Below are positions 21,033-32,793 of a stretch of DNA of 64,000 nt, piece after piece; the first letter of the stretch is position 1, and every line of letters starts with the position of its first letter. The notes under the pieces were generated by a model. It saw only the letters and a list, made by a program, of their open reading frames with translations, searched no databases and had not been told where the DNA came from. A program made the translations under genes and the position numbers. Source of the DNA: Limnochordia bacterium (lineage in GTDB: Bacteria > Bacillota > Limnochordia > DTU080); assembly GCA_050951545.1 (NCBI GenBank), contig JBMNJG010000002.1, positions 160,001 to 224,000 of the forward strand. The letters are read 5' to 3'.

Positions 21033-22673
21033 CGGCGTTCACGAGAGCTCAATGCTTCCACAGATCGTGGAGGAGAACCGGATAACGCGTTTGCTGGCGC
21101 AACACCATCGAGCTATGGTCCCGAGACGGGGCTTGAGCTTGGTAGGATCGGCAGCGGACCTTCGGTCGCCAGACGCGCTTTCCCGCGTTCAAGGTGCTCC
21201 AGTTTCTTGGCCAACCCGTCAGCAGGCGCATGCCTCTTGTACGGATACGGGATGTTCTGCAGGGCAGAACTGCGACTTTCTATTCAGGGGAATATGACGA
21301 GACATACATCGTTCACCGCGGGGATCTTCTCGTCGGTATGGACGGCGATTTCCACTGCGCTTACTGGCAAGGACCTCCAGCTCTGCTAAACCAACGCGTC
21401 TGCAAGGTGACAGTGGATGAACTCCTCTATGATAAGCGTTTCTTGAGGTATGTGCTTCCGGGATACCTCAATGCCATCAATGACCATACTTCAGCTGTCA
21501 CAGTCAAGCACTTATCATCCCGCACGATGGCCAGCATTCCCCTTCCCGTGCCCCCCCTCGTCGAGCAACGCGCCATCGTGGCCAAGATCGAGGAGCTGTT
21601 CAGCGAGCTGGACAAGGGCATCGAGCAACTCCAAACTGTTAAGCAGCAGCTAAACCAGTATCGTCAGGCGGTTCTAAAGGCTGCTTTTGAAGGGAAGCTC
21701 ACCGCAGAATGGCGGGCTGAGCAGCAGGCGGCAGGTAACCTACCCGATGCTGATGAGCTCCTTGAGCAGATCAAGAAGGAGCGGGAAGAGAGGTACCAGC
21801 AACAACTGCAGGAGTGGAAGCAGGCAGTTGTGGAGTGGGAGGAAGCTGGGGGTAGGGAGTCAGGGCGGAAGAAGCCGAGGAGAGCCTGCGGCCCCCGAGT
21901 TAATCTCACTGTTGACCGAAGAGGAAATGGCCGACCTGGCCGAACTTCCACAGAGCTGGGTTTGGTGTCGACCGTCGGATATCTGTGCGCCTGACGATTA
22001 CTCGCTGGGCATCGGACCGTTCGGTAGCAACCTAAAGGTCTCTGACTATACGGATTCAGGTGTGCCCCTTATCTTTGTCCGCAATATAACGGGCAGATCT
22101 TTTGCCGAGTTCCAGCATTTTGTATCGTACAGTAAGGCAGAAATGCTGGTACCTCACTCGGTGTATCCGCTTGATCTGCTCATCACAAAGATGGGAGATC
22201 CGCCTGGAGACGTAGCGATCTACCCGGAAGGATGTCCGCCTGCCATTTTGACCGCCGACTGCGTCAAGTTTAGGGTGTGGAATGAGTTTGTGCTAAGGGA
22301 CTTCGTGGCCCTATCGGTGGAATCGCAGCTAGTCAGAAGGCAGCTCGGACTTATCACTAAAGGCGTGGCCCAAAAGAAGATCAGCCTGGGTAGGTTCAAG
22401 TCAGTCTGCTTTCCGTTACCGTGCAAGTCGGAGCAGCAACAGATTGTTGCTCAGCTCAGTTCCCGTTTCTCCGTTCTCGACGAGCTGGACAAAGCCGTAG
22501 ACCACGGGTTAGAGCAAGCCGAAGCACTGCGCCAAAGCATTCTCAAGAAGGCTTTCGAGGGTCGCCTACTCACCGAGGCTGAGCTCGCTGCTGTTCGTAA
22601 TGATCCGGAATATGAGTCGGCTGACAAGCTGCTCGAGCGTATACGGGCTCAAGCCGGGAAAACAACACGCTAG
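21029..22673 (+). pseudogene. hsdS: Type I R-M specificity subunit, disrupted (scrambled 5' part; frameshift near 21880)
   Basis: TRD1 and PPLVEQRAIVAKIEELFSELD...VLKAAFEGKL in 21194-21994; LPQSWVW...TRD2...LRQSILKKAFEGRL in 21687-22673; no clean start. 5' boundary approximate. Confidence 0.85.
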
Positions 22674-22736
22674 CGAACCCACCAAAGGGCATAGAGCCCC
22701 CACAGAGAGGCGTTACTAGACTGTGAGTGAAGCACA

Positions 22737-24215
22737 ATGACACCTACAAGCACACTTGTGAACAGGGTCTGGAGCTACTGCCACGTCCTCCGAGATGCTG
22801 GTCTGAGTTACGGGGATTACCTGGAGCAGCTCACCTATCTCATTTTCCTTAAAATGGCACATGAGTATTCCCGGCCCCCCTACAACCGAGACCTCGGTGT
22901 CCCCGAAGGTTATGACTGGTCGAGTCTGACCAGCAAGACTGGTGCAGAGCTTGATCGCCACTACGTCAGTCTCCTCCGCACCCTCGGTCAGGAGAAAGGC
23001 TTGCTTGGGCAGATCTTTATCAAGGCCCAGAACCGCATTCAAGAGCCTGCTCACCTGGCAAGCCTGATCCACATGATTGATCAGGAAGAGTGGCTGATCA
23101 TGGAGGCAGACGTCAAGGGTGACATATACGAGGGGTTGCTGGAGCGAAATGCCCAGGACACAAAGAGCGGCGCAGGTCAGTACTTTACTCCTCGTCCTCT
23201 GATCAAGGCCATGGTCGAGTGCGTTCGGCCCGAGCCCGGGAAAACCATCTGTGACCCAGCCTGCGGGACGGGTGGTTTCTTCCTAGCTGCCTATGATTTC
23301 ATGACCAAGAATCACCAACTTAATCGTGACCAAAAGCTAGCACTCAAGACAAGTACGTTTTATGGTAACGAGATCGTCCCTGCCACTCGTCGTTTGTGCT
23401 TGATGAACATGTACCTGCACAACATCGGCGAGATAGGAGGGGAGGTGACTGTGTCCTCAGCGGATTCACTGGCAACTGACCCAGGAGTGCGCTATGACTA
23501 CGTCCTGACCAATCCTCCTTTCGGGAAGAAGAGCTCAATCACCGTAACCACCGAGGACGGTAGGCAGGAGAAGCAGACGTTTACCTACAACCGGCAAGAC
23601 TTCTGGGCCACTACGAGCAACAAGCAACTCAACTTCGTTCAGCATATCCATACCATCCTAAAGACCACTGGTCAGGCGGCTGTCGTAGTACCGGATAACG
23701 TACTATTCGAAGGCGGGGCTGGTGAGACGGTACGGAAGAAGCTACTTGAGACTACCAATCTTCACACCATCCTCCGGTTGCCTACTGGCATCTTCTATGC
23801 TCAAGGCGTGAAGGCGAATGTGATTTTCTTTGATAGCAAGCCTGCGGCCAAGCAGCCCTGGACCAAGGAGATCTGGTATTACGATCTACGGACGAACTGT
23901 CACTTCACCCTGAAGGAGAAGCCCCTAACGTTTGAGGACTTAGTGGACTTTGTTGAGTGCTACAAACCTGCCGAAAGGCACAAGCGGAAGCAGACTTGGA
24001 GCGAGGAGAACCCCGAAGGGCGTTGGCGGAGATTCACCTACGAGGAGATCGTTGCTCGTGACAAGACGAGTCTTGATATCATCTGGCTTAAGGATGAGTC
24101 ACTCAGCGACCTGGATAACCTACCCGAACCGGAGGTACTCGCTGCGGATATCATAGCGAATCTCCAGGCCGCGCTGATCAGTTTCGAGGAGATTGCTAAC
24201 GGGCTCGAGGACTGA
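22737..24215 (+). CDS. hsdM: Type I R-M N6-adenine methyltransferase
   Basis: GAGQYFTPR, DPACGTGGF, NPPF, LRLPTGIFY. Confidence 0.96.
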   Translation: MTPTSTLVNRVWSYCHVLRDAGLSYGDYLEQLTYLIFLKMAHEYSRPPYNRDLGVPEGYDWSSLTSKTGAELDRHYVSLLRTLGQEKGLLGQIFIKAQNRIQEPAHLASLIHMIDQEEWLIMEADVKGDIYEGLLERNAQDTKSGAGQYFTPRPLIKAMVECVRPEPGKTICDPACGTGGFFLAAYDFMTKNHQLNRDQKLALKTSTFYGNEIVPATRRLCLMNMYLHNIGEIGGEVTVSSADSLATDPGVRYDYVLTNPPFGKKSSITVTTEDGRQEKQTFTYNRQDFWATTSNKQLNFVQHIHTILKTTGQAAVVVPDNVLFEGGAGETVRKKLLETTNLHTILRLPTGIFYAQGVKANVIFFDSKPAAKQPWTKEIWYYDLRTNCHFTLKEKPLTFEDLVDFVECYKPAERHKRKQTWSEENPEGRWRRFTYEEIVARDKTSLDIIWLKDESLSDLDNLPEPEVLAADIIANLQAALISFEEIANGLED

Positions 24216-24597
24216 CATTCCGCACAGGCCTGGACTACGTCACGGAAGGTACTGGGGGTAAGCGATGGCTGATCCGTGGCGCTCTCGTCGACAACAGGCC
24301 CTTCGCTACGGAGTCACTGAGTGGGCGAATCCCACAGAGCCCTTATGTTACTCTCTGGGGATCCTGTGGGGTCTGGAGGCGAGTTAGAGGGTTGGAGTGC
24401 TCCTGGTGGACAGCGAGTGTCATCTTCCCGATCACAGCGTTGCTTCGCTTTGCCGCAAACGATAGCGAAGAACGCGACAGTAGATCTGCAACTCATTGCC
24501 TTGGTTAGCCCGACGAAATGAGGTGGAGAGCACGGATACAGAGAGACAGTTCTAGTCATCAAGGGACACGGACATCCTCCTTGACGTAACCAGACGA

Positions 24598-24924
24598 TTG
24601 ATGGAGCGCGTAGACCGTTTGGAGGCACTGGTGAGAGCAGAGAACATTACTATCACGGATTTCAGTGGCCAGGTGGTAGTAACCGCCGACACGGTATCGG
24701 TTGAGGGAGATGTCGACTCCATCGATGCTCAAGACGGGTCCGTGACCATCGAAGGTTGCACGGGAGATATTACCATTGAGGACAGTGCAGGCGTAACCGT
24801 GGAGGGTGATGCAGAGAACGTAACTCTCGAGGGGCATGGGGACATCACCATTGAGGGAGATGTCGACGAAGTATCGGGTACAAGTATCACCATTGAGGGT
24901 GACGTAGACGAAGTCAACGGCTAG
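24598..24924 (+). CDS. Small acidic beta-solenoid-like repeat protein
   Basis: Repeated V/I-T-I/V-E-G-D units (VSVEGDVD, VTIEG, VTVEGD, VTLEG, ITIEGDVDEV twice). Confidence 0.65.
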   Translation: MMERVDRLEALVRAENITITDFSGQVVVTADTVSVEGDVDSIDAQDGSVTIEGCTGDITIEDSAGVTVEGDAENVTLEGHGDITIEGDVDEVSGTSITIEGDVDEVNG

Positions 24925-25214
24925 ACCTCCCGGTACGACTAACAGAGGCCCGTCCTTAGGATGCTCCCGCATGTGTTGGAGCCTCGCCTAAGTCCCTGCT
25001 CCAACAATCCGGTGTCTGCTAGGCGACTGGCTGGAATGTCACCGACGGTGTACGATACGGTGAACACCTGCCGAAGCCGCCTCTGCTTCCGCGCGTGGTT
25101 GGCCACCGACACGCGTACTCCCCAATGATTGGGAGGAGCGCCACCAAGCCTGCGTAACACAACAGAGTCCACGCAGAAAAACTGCCGTAATCTCCCTGCG
25201 TTCGCTTGGGTTGG

Positions 25215-25791
25215 TGGTAAGAACCTAACGATGCGGCCTTTGCGGAGTCCTTTTTGCTGATTTTGATTGCCCGAAGGGCTCTTTTCCCCGCCTAAGGGCA
25301 CACTTGCTCGCCTTGATTTTGCTTCTGGGGCTACCGGGCGGTACATAACCGGACGGTGACGATTCCTTTTTCCCACTCAGACGATTGGGTCAGCTCTCCA
25401 GTGCGCGGTTACAGCGGGCTCGCTCGGATCCCTCTGCGGACCAACCCTTCGGTGTTGCCCCGGTCGGTGTATTTCGAGAAGAGATGGGTGTATGCACACG
25501 CTTGCGAGACTCGCTCGCTCACCGAACGGGATTCACCTGCATTGCCATGCGAGTAGGGACCAAGATCCGACGGCGATGGCGGAAGAATCGCCGCATCAAC
25601 CCCCCGAAGCCAGTGTAGTTGGTAAAAGCGCAGCGATGCGGTCTTCGCGGTGCCCTTTTGGCCGATTTTGACCATCCGAAGGGCTCATTTCGCCCCCAAA
25701 AGAGCACGCTTTCCCGCCCTGGTGGCCCTTCTGGAGCCTCCCGGCGGCACATAACCGAACAGTGTCGATAGCCTTTTCCCACTCAGCCGAT
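25215..25791. repeat. Two diverged ~170-bp direct repeats (about 25215-25385 and 25619-25791)
   Basis: Collinear shared blocks tggtaa, cgatgcgg, gattttga, ccgaagggctc, cttctgg, acataaccg, ttttcccactcag. Confidence 0.85.
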
Positions 25792-26087
25792 GATCCGAAC
25801 GGGGGATGCATTTCGCTCTCGGTGGCCACCGGGTCTTCGCTGGCAATGCGCGCGTGCAGCGAAAGCTGTGGAAGGATTCTGGCTTCACGTACCGACCGGA
25901 CCAAACAGCAGATCTGCACCCACACAACATAGGGCCTTGACATCCCCACGGGCGTATGCTTAACTACATCTGTAGTCAGAACGATGAGGGACTGCGGTCA
26001 GATCGGAAACCCAAACCCCTCAACTACTGCACTGCTTCGCGCCGTAGTGCGGTGATCACCTGGTACGTAGTACTGGAGGTGCTTAAC

Positions 26088-27320
26088 ATGTTGAAAAGGA
26101 TGTCATTAGTTCGAGTAATCTGTATGGTGTTTGGTGTGTTGCTCTGGGCGAGCGGGGCTACAGCTTCTCCGGTAACCATAAACTGCTTTGGCACGTTGCC
26201 ACCGGCCCTGGTCGAACAGTTCAACAAACAGAATCTCGATGTCAAGTTGGTCGCTGAACTGCCGCAAGAGTTGACCGAGACAGCGTATCAGAATGCGGTC
26301 CGCTCTGGCAAATACGATCTAGTGCTAAGCATGGCCAGTCCGGGTTACATGGACCAATGGGTGCAAGACGGTCTGTTCCTCTCGCTCAATGCGTACATCA
26401 AGAGAGATGGCATCAACATCAAGTCGTTTGTCGGGAACCTGGCAGAAGCCATGCGCCTGGATAACAACCTCTACGACTTGCCACTCCGCCTGATGCCGTA
26501 TCATGTGGTCTACAACCGCGATTTGTTCGACAGCAAGGGCGTTGATTGTCCGCGTCCTGGCTGGACATGGGATGATTTCCGCGAAATGGCAACCCGCTTG
26601 ACTGGGAAAACACCAGACTCACACGGCGCTGTTGTTCCTGTCGACGTCTGGGCGGTAATGGCAGAGCAGCACGCCAATAGGATATACGAGGCCACACTGG
26701 AGGAGTACGCCAGCATTCTGGCGTTCACAAAGAGTATGGTTAGCGATAAGTCGCTCTCTATAGACCTGCCCGAGGAAGTGAATGGGGGATTTGTCATGGT
26801 CACGAACATGGGTTTCGAGACGGGCAAAATCGCCATGCAGGTTACCCGATATCCACCTCGGATCGGGGATTTCCCCATCGGCATTGCTCCTCTACCGGCG
26901 CCGAAAGGGCAGCAGTCTACAACACCTGTTACCGTACTGAGCATGGGAATTCCTAAGGCGGCGCGACACGCTGCAGAAGCCTGGCGAGTCATCCGATTCC
27001 TCACCACTCCGCAAGCCTCCCAACTGTTGGCTGACAGTGGCTGGTTGCCTGCTGTGAACCTGAATCCTCACGTGCTGGGTCTTTGGGCTACTGCCAGAAT
27101 CGGTAGAATACCCGCGGGCTTGGAGAGCCTGGCAGGCATCAACTTGAGTGTCGCTGGCAGGCGTTTTGAACAGATCAACACCGACTTCTGGTATTTTCTT
27201 GAGGGGCAAGCAAACGGGTTCTTCAGAGGCCGGCAATCCGAAGACAGTGTGTTGCAGGCCATTAGGGAAGAGGGGCGATCTGCAAACAGTAGAGCTCGAG
27301 CGATCCTCAGCTCTAAGTAG
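26088..27320 (+). CDS. Sugar ABC transporter solute-binding protein
   Basis: GGAGGT RBS; VYNRDLFDSKGV, GWTWDDF, FETGKIAM, AWRVIRFL. Confidence 0.85.
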   Translation: MLKRMSLVRVICMVFGVLLWASGATASPVTINCFGTLPPALVEQFNKQNLDVKLVAELPQELTETAYQNAVRSGKYDLVLSMASPGYMDQWVQDGLFLSLNAYIKRDGINIKSFVGNLAEAMRLDNNLYDLPLRLMPYHVVYNRDLFDSKGVDCPRPGWTWDDFREMATRLTGKTPDSHGAVVPVDVWAVMAEQHANRIYEATLEEYASILAFTKSMVSDKSLSIDLPEEVNGGFVMVTNMGFETGKIAMQVTRYPPRIGDFPIGIAPLPAPKGQQSTTPVTVLSMGIPKAARHAAEAWRVIRFLTTPQASQLLADSGWLPAVNLNPHVLGLWATARIGRIPAGLESLAGINLSVAGRRFEQINTDFWYFLEGQANGFFRGRQSEDSVLQAIREEGRSANSRARAILSSK

Positions 27321-27335
27321 AGTGGCGGCGCGAAG

Positions 27336-27363
27336 CATAGCCTCTGCTAGAAGAGGCTATGCG
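27336..27363. terminator. Hairpin between convergent genes
   Basis: gcatagcctct...agaggctatgc. Confidence 0.65.
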
Positions 27364-27380
27364 CATATTGTCTACCACCT

Positions 27381-30300
27381 TTATTCAGACGGGGTGTCAT
27401 TGCCAGTTCGCAACTGACTAGGCCAAAGGATCAACGAATCACCAGAGACCTGAAAACCAAGGTTACGCAAAACAACAGCTGCTGGGGTCTCCAATACCGC
27501 TTGGCCATTGAACGTAGCCACACAAATGGATCGTCGCGGTCGCTGATGGCCTGGTATAGCCAGAAGCTGCGGAAAAAGGGTTAGTGCTTGTTCTGTATCG
27601 GACCACGCGCGCCCAATTGGGCTCCATAGACTCTTGCCATAGCCACTGATGTAAAGAAGCATCTGCCCTCGCCCGTATATCACATAGTTGAGCGATGAGC
27701 GAGAAAAGCCCGTCCCCATGGGAAGCTCAGCGGGACAAATCGGTCCGGCTGCGCAGGCCGGATCCCAGGCAGATAGTAGACGCATACTCGGTGTCTGGCT
27801 GGCCACTGCGCACGGCCCGCAATTCCTCCACAGCATGAGGATGCGCAAACTGAGAACCTGCCAACCCGGTGACAAAATAACCACTTCGAACCCTTCCCGT
27901 CATCTCCATAACACGTAGGGTGCGATATAAAGGTGGCCACAGTCTCTCGATACCTTCAGCCAAGAGCATTTGGCGACAGAGCACCCCGTAGCGCCCCACC
28001 AGCACTTCGGCCAGCCGCTCTAGCGCCCAACGCTGCTGGTCCGGTGAGAGCGGTGATATCTGATCCGAGTCTGCGGGCAGTTCGGAGTTGCCGCTACCGT
28101 CCGGTGCCGCATATGCCAGCAACGACCAGCGCCCACCGCCCAAGTCTAGGCCTAGCTCAACTCGACGCCGCAGCGCACGACGCAGATGTGCCATTTCCCG
28201 TCCCTGCGGGCGGCGGCCCCAAGCAACAGGTGGTGCCTCTTTCGTAGCATCGGTTGGCGAGTCGGCTGGTTTTCCTTGACGCACCGGAGCAAACGTATCG
28301 TTTGTCACTCGGCCAAGCAGCGACAACTCCCACAGGGCCGACTGGAGTTGCTGCATTCCACCTAGCTCATCTGGTTCTCTAGACCAAGCTGCCAGTAACT
28401 CGCGGGTGAATGCTGCTCCGTGTTGCTGCAAAATGCCCTCTACCTTCTGGGCCGCAGGTGAAGCTACCGGCTGGTCCACGTTGTGCACTAGCAGGGGCAA
28501 TAGCGCCGATACATCGTCATGGCGAAAAAAACCCACTCGGCCACGGTCAGGGCTGCCTCCCGGCTGCATCACCCACACAAACTCACCCCGGGCACACAGC
28601 AAATCGAGCCATGCCGGATCGTAGCCCGGCAATCGGGCGGGAAGCACATCTCGTTCCCATACTTCAACTGGGAGGAACAATCCGCTCAGCTGATCCAACA
28701 CCTCGGCGAGTGCTTCGACCCCACTCTTTTGGGGCGTGTTTCCCACCTGCTGCCAGTTGAACAAGAAACTGCTGTAATCCGCTACTGCAACGGCTTCTAC
28801 TTCATGACGTAGTTGAGACAAAGTGCGGCGATGTATTTCCTGCAACACATCCCGATGGCACCATTCAATGCCAGTTTCGTTGGGCAGAAAGGCGCCCTTC
28901 TGTAGGAGTCCCTCCGAGCATAACGTGTCCAAATGACCTACCACTAACGCCTCTGACCAACCATAACGTAGTGCCAGTTCAGCAGCGGTAAACGGGCCAT
29001 GCGTCCTAGCGTACCTTTTGACCAAGAACCGCTGCGCCTCTACCTGCGGCGCGCCTTCACCGGGGCCAAAAGCGGTGCTGAACAGGTCCCACTCCTCCGC
29101 AGCAATTATCCGGTCCGTCGGTGCCACCCCAAAACGGTATAGAATGGCTCGGCCAGCCTGCACTAGCTCGCTTAGCGCTGTTGCAGAGGTAATCCGCTCC
29201 TGTGCTTCGATTAGCGTGAGATCACCCACATCTAGCAGTATTTCCTCCAACTCATCTGCGTTGCGGGCCTGAGAACCAGTGGTAGAACGCTGTCGGCGAG
29301 CAATAGTAGCGGCGATGGCTGTTGGGTCAAGCAACTCTCGTAGCTGATTTTCACCCAGCATCTCCCCTAAGAGCTCACGGTCTAGGGTGAGAAACTGGGC
29401 CTTTTTCTCTGCTCGTGGGGTATCGTCGGAGTACATGTTCTCGCCTGTCAACTGCAGGACAAACGTGCGAGCAAACGGAGAAGGAGTCACCGACTGCCGA
29501 TACTCCACCTGCACGATACCTTCGGTGAGATCCCGTTGGAGCTGAGTCAACCCCGGCACATCAAGGACATCCTGAAGGCATTCTCGGAAAGCCTCTAGAG
29601 CGACCGGGAAGCTACTCTCCTTGCGCACCATGGATAGCAGATCGCCTGCCCGTACCCGCTGTAACCACAGAGGTACCCGCCGTTTGGGTGAACTGCGCCC
29701 CAAAACCAAAGAACGGGCAGCCGCCATGCGAAAGTGGGCACCAAACAAGGCCGTGGATGGAAGCTCCGATATCAGCCGTTGTTCGATATCGTTTCCTAGG
29801 TATACCAGGGTCTCAACAGGAGGAGCAACCTGCCCGCGGGGCATATGCCAAGCAATACCATAGTCGGTTGCCACACTTGTCAACTCATATCCTAGTTCCT
29901 CACGGGCTCGTTGCCTGGCTACCATCTCCCACGCGGCATGTAGGCGATACCCATACGGGCTGTGTAGGATGATGCGATGGTCACCGGCTTGGTCGATGTA
30001 CGATTCGAGTAGCAGTCGCCGATCACTAGGAATACAACCCGTGTGCCGCAGCTGATCGTTTAGATACTCCGTCAACTCCGAAGCAGCTTGGGCATCTAAC
30101 CCCACCTCGGTCGTCAACCACTGTGCGACACCCGGATCAGCCAAACGCCCGGCCAACTCTCGCCAGAACGCTCCCAAGCGCCGGCCTGCTTCTAGGTCGC
30201 GTCCACTGCGATCGCCTTTCCAGAAAGGCATTTTCGGTAGCGCCTCAGGAGCAGGTGCCACCACCACTCGATTGTCAGTAATGCTTTGAATGCGCCAAAT

Positions 30301-31899
30301 CGCGTTGCCCAAAATGAAGGCATCGCCACGGTGGCTCTCAAATACGAACTCTTCTTCGAGCTCGCCCACCCTACCACTTTGACCAGCAATATAGACTCCG
30401 TAATAGCCACGATCGGGTATGGTGCCCGCACCAGCTATCGCGGCGGCTCTGGTTCCGGGCAACGCCTGCAAGGTATCGGTGGTCCGATCCCAGGCGATTT
30501 TGGGACGCAATTCGATGAAGTCACGTGCGGGGTAGCGCCCCGACAGCATCTCGACGATACTCAATAGCTGCTCCCGACCCAAATTACGGAATGGATAACT
30601 CTGCCGCGCCAACTGCCACAAAGCATCGATGGCCCAAGGCTCCACACCTATCATCGCCACTATCTGTTGCGCCAAGACATCGAGGCAGTTTTCGGGGATA
30701 TGCGTCTCTTCCACATGGCCGATGCGCATCTCTCGGGCCACCCAGGCTGTGTCTAGCAGATCGTCGGGCGATTTTGTCAAGAACAGCATTTTGCTGGCAG
30801 CACCCAACACATGCCCCGATCGCCCAGCTCGCTGTAACCCACTGGACGGCGACCGGGGCGAGGCGATCTGGATCACCAAGTCAATGGCTCCCACATCAAT
30901 CCCCAACTCCAAAGTCGATGTGCAAACCAGCGCCCGCAATTCGCCTTTCTTCAGGGCTGCCTCCACTTCTTCCCTCGCAGTACGTGACAACGACCCATGG
31001 TGGGTTTTAGCCAGCATCGTTCCGGCTGCTTCATTAATGCCCAAGGTTAGCCGCTCGGCAAGGGCGCGTGAGTTGACAAACACTAACGTAGAACGATGTG
31101 CTTGGACCTCACGCAGAACCTTCTCATGGATATCCGGCCACATTGAGCGACCTGCTGCTGGCGCAAAACTCTGCGGCCCCAGTTGCACCTGCATAGCCAG
31201 ATCTTTGGCCATAAGAGCATCGATAATCCGCACCGGACGCGGAACCCCAGCCTGTGCTCCGCCCAAGAACTTGGCGATTGTGTCCAGCGGACGCTGTGTG
31301 GCCGAAAGGCCGATCCGCTGTAGATCACGGCTGGCCAGGTGTTGTAGTCGCTCTAAGGATAGCGCCAAGTGCACGCCACGTTTGTTGCCCGCCAAAGCAT
31401 GAATCTCATCCACAATGACGGTATGGGTGGAAGCCAGTATATGGCGGGCTCGGGGCGATGAGAGTAATAGGTATAGGCTTTCGGGCGTGGTGATGAGGAT
31501 ATCGGGCGGTTTACGCAGCATGGCCTGACGCGCTGACTGCGGCGTATCTCCCGTACGCACGGCTACTTTCACTGTGGGTAGGGTTATCCCCATTTGGGCA
31601 GCGGCGGCGGCGATACCTTCCAGGGGGGCGGTGAGGTTGCGGGCAATGTCGTTATTCAAGGCCTTTAGTGGTGACACGTACACCACTTGCACACCCTTAC
31701 CGGTGCCGCGAACATACAGGCGGTCTAGGATCTCCAGGAAAGCGGCCAAGGTTTTGCCTGAGCCTGTAGCCGCTAGGATCAGACTGTTTTCGCCGGCCCG
31801 AATCACGGGCCAACCCATCTGCTGTGGAGGGCTAGGCGCGCTAAAGCGTTCCTCGAACCAAGCCCGTACAGCGGGATGAAAACCTGCCATCACGTCCAT
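27381..31899 (-). CDS. lhr: Large Lhr helicase (SF2); the C-terminal ~130 codons are in another frame (frameshift near 27790)
   Basis: ATGSGKT, SPLKALNND, DEIH, LSATQ, STLELGID, QRAGRSGH; the C-terminal domain continues as RLLSAWDPAC... in frame 27381-27884. Confidence 0.92.
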
Positions 31900-32051
31900 A
31901 TGCGTGCCCTGGCCTCCGACCGAGACTGTGGTGGGTCTAGTGCCCGTTTCCCTTACTGGGGACATCCCTCCTCTAACATACATGCCTAACCCTGAGGTGT
32001 CCACGAAAACGGGGTGGGCTCAGAGGTGCTCGCTGGGGTCTAGAGGTTGCC

Positions 32052-32645
32052 CTAAGCAAAAACAGCCATGACCAGGACCCACTGTAGAAAGGCACCGATG
32101 GTCAGTCTCTGTAACAAGCCACCGTAGGGAGAGTTGGTGGCCACCCCCCAAGCCGTTAGACCACCCGTCACGAAAGTGATCACGAAAGAGGCCAGAGAGT
32201 AAACACCGAGCTTCCGAGTGACTGCCTCGGTTCTGAGTCCTAACCAGGCGCAGATCATGGCCAGCATCGTTAAGGGTGACATCGCGCCCGCGAGCGCAAT
32301 GTGCATTTTGCCTGAAAACGTCATGGCCACATCTCTGGAGTCCTGAGGAAAGATGCCCGTGGCCAGTCCAAGCAATGCAATGGCCATTAGCATGCGAGAA
32401 GAGCTCCGAAGCTTGGGCGTGCCACGCGGGTCTCTGTAGAACCCCCAGGCAAATGCGAACAAACCGACATTATAAAGGGTGAACAGTAGCTGCACCAACG
32501 GCAAGTCCGGGGCATTAGATGCTGTCAATTCACTGATAGTGTTATAGGCATGGCTATATCCCGGTAGCAGCGCTCCTCCCGTTACCACAGCACCTACATA
32601 AGCCAAGACAGCGCTAGTACCAAACACCCGATAGGCCTTACTCAT
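32052..32645 (-). CDS. DUF998-like membrane protein
   Basis: PGYSHAYNTISEL, FPQD, GLLQRL, multiple TM helices. Confidence 0.8.
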   Translation of the reverse strand: MSKAYRVFGTSAVLAYVGAVVTGGALLPGYSHAYNTISELTASNAPDLPLVQLLFTLYNVGLFAFAWGFYRDPRGTPKLRSSSRMLMAIALLGLATGIFPQDSRDVAMTFSGKMHIALAGAMSPLTMLAMICAWLGLRTEAVTRKLGVYSLASFVITFVTGGLTAWGVATNSPYGGLLQRLTIGAFLQWVLVMAVFA

Positions 32646-32793
32646 GCATGAAGCCCCCCAAGTCACGCTGTGCTGTCTCGTTCCTCACGAGTGACGCTCT
32701 CACCAAGATGAGAGGGTGGCGCCCGCCTGATCTGCGAGCGTCACCCTTCCTGATTCAGTACCCTGTGCTGAGGTGTAGCCGTTGGCGGACTCG

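Noticed and set aside
24553-24555. Pyrrolysine read-through of the in-frame TAG
   Set aside because: No pyl genes or other supporting signal in the window; a downstream start explains the ORF.
24939-25949. Short ORFs or a CRISPR array/leader in the repeat region
   Set aside because: No RBS or protein-like composition, frames are not conserved between repeat copies, and there are no short regularly spaced repeats or cas genes.
13796-25950. tRNA-Ser as the integration site of an island carrying the R-M system
   Set aside because: No integrase and no duplicated tRNA 3' end found in the window.
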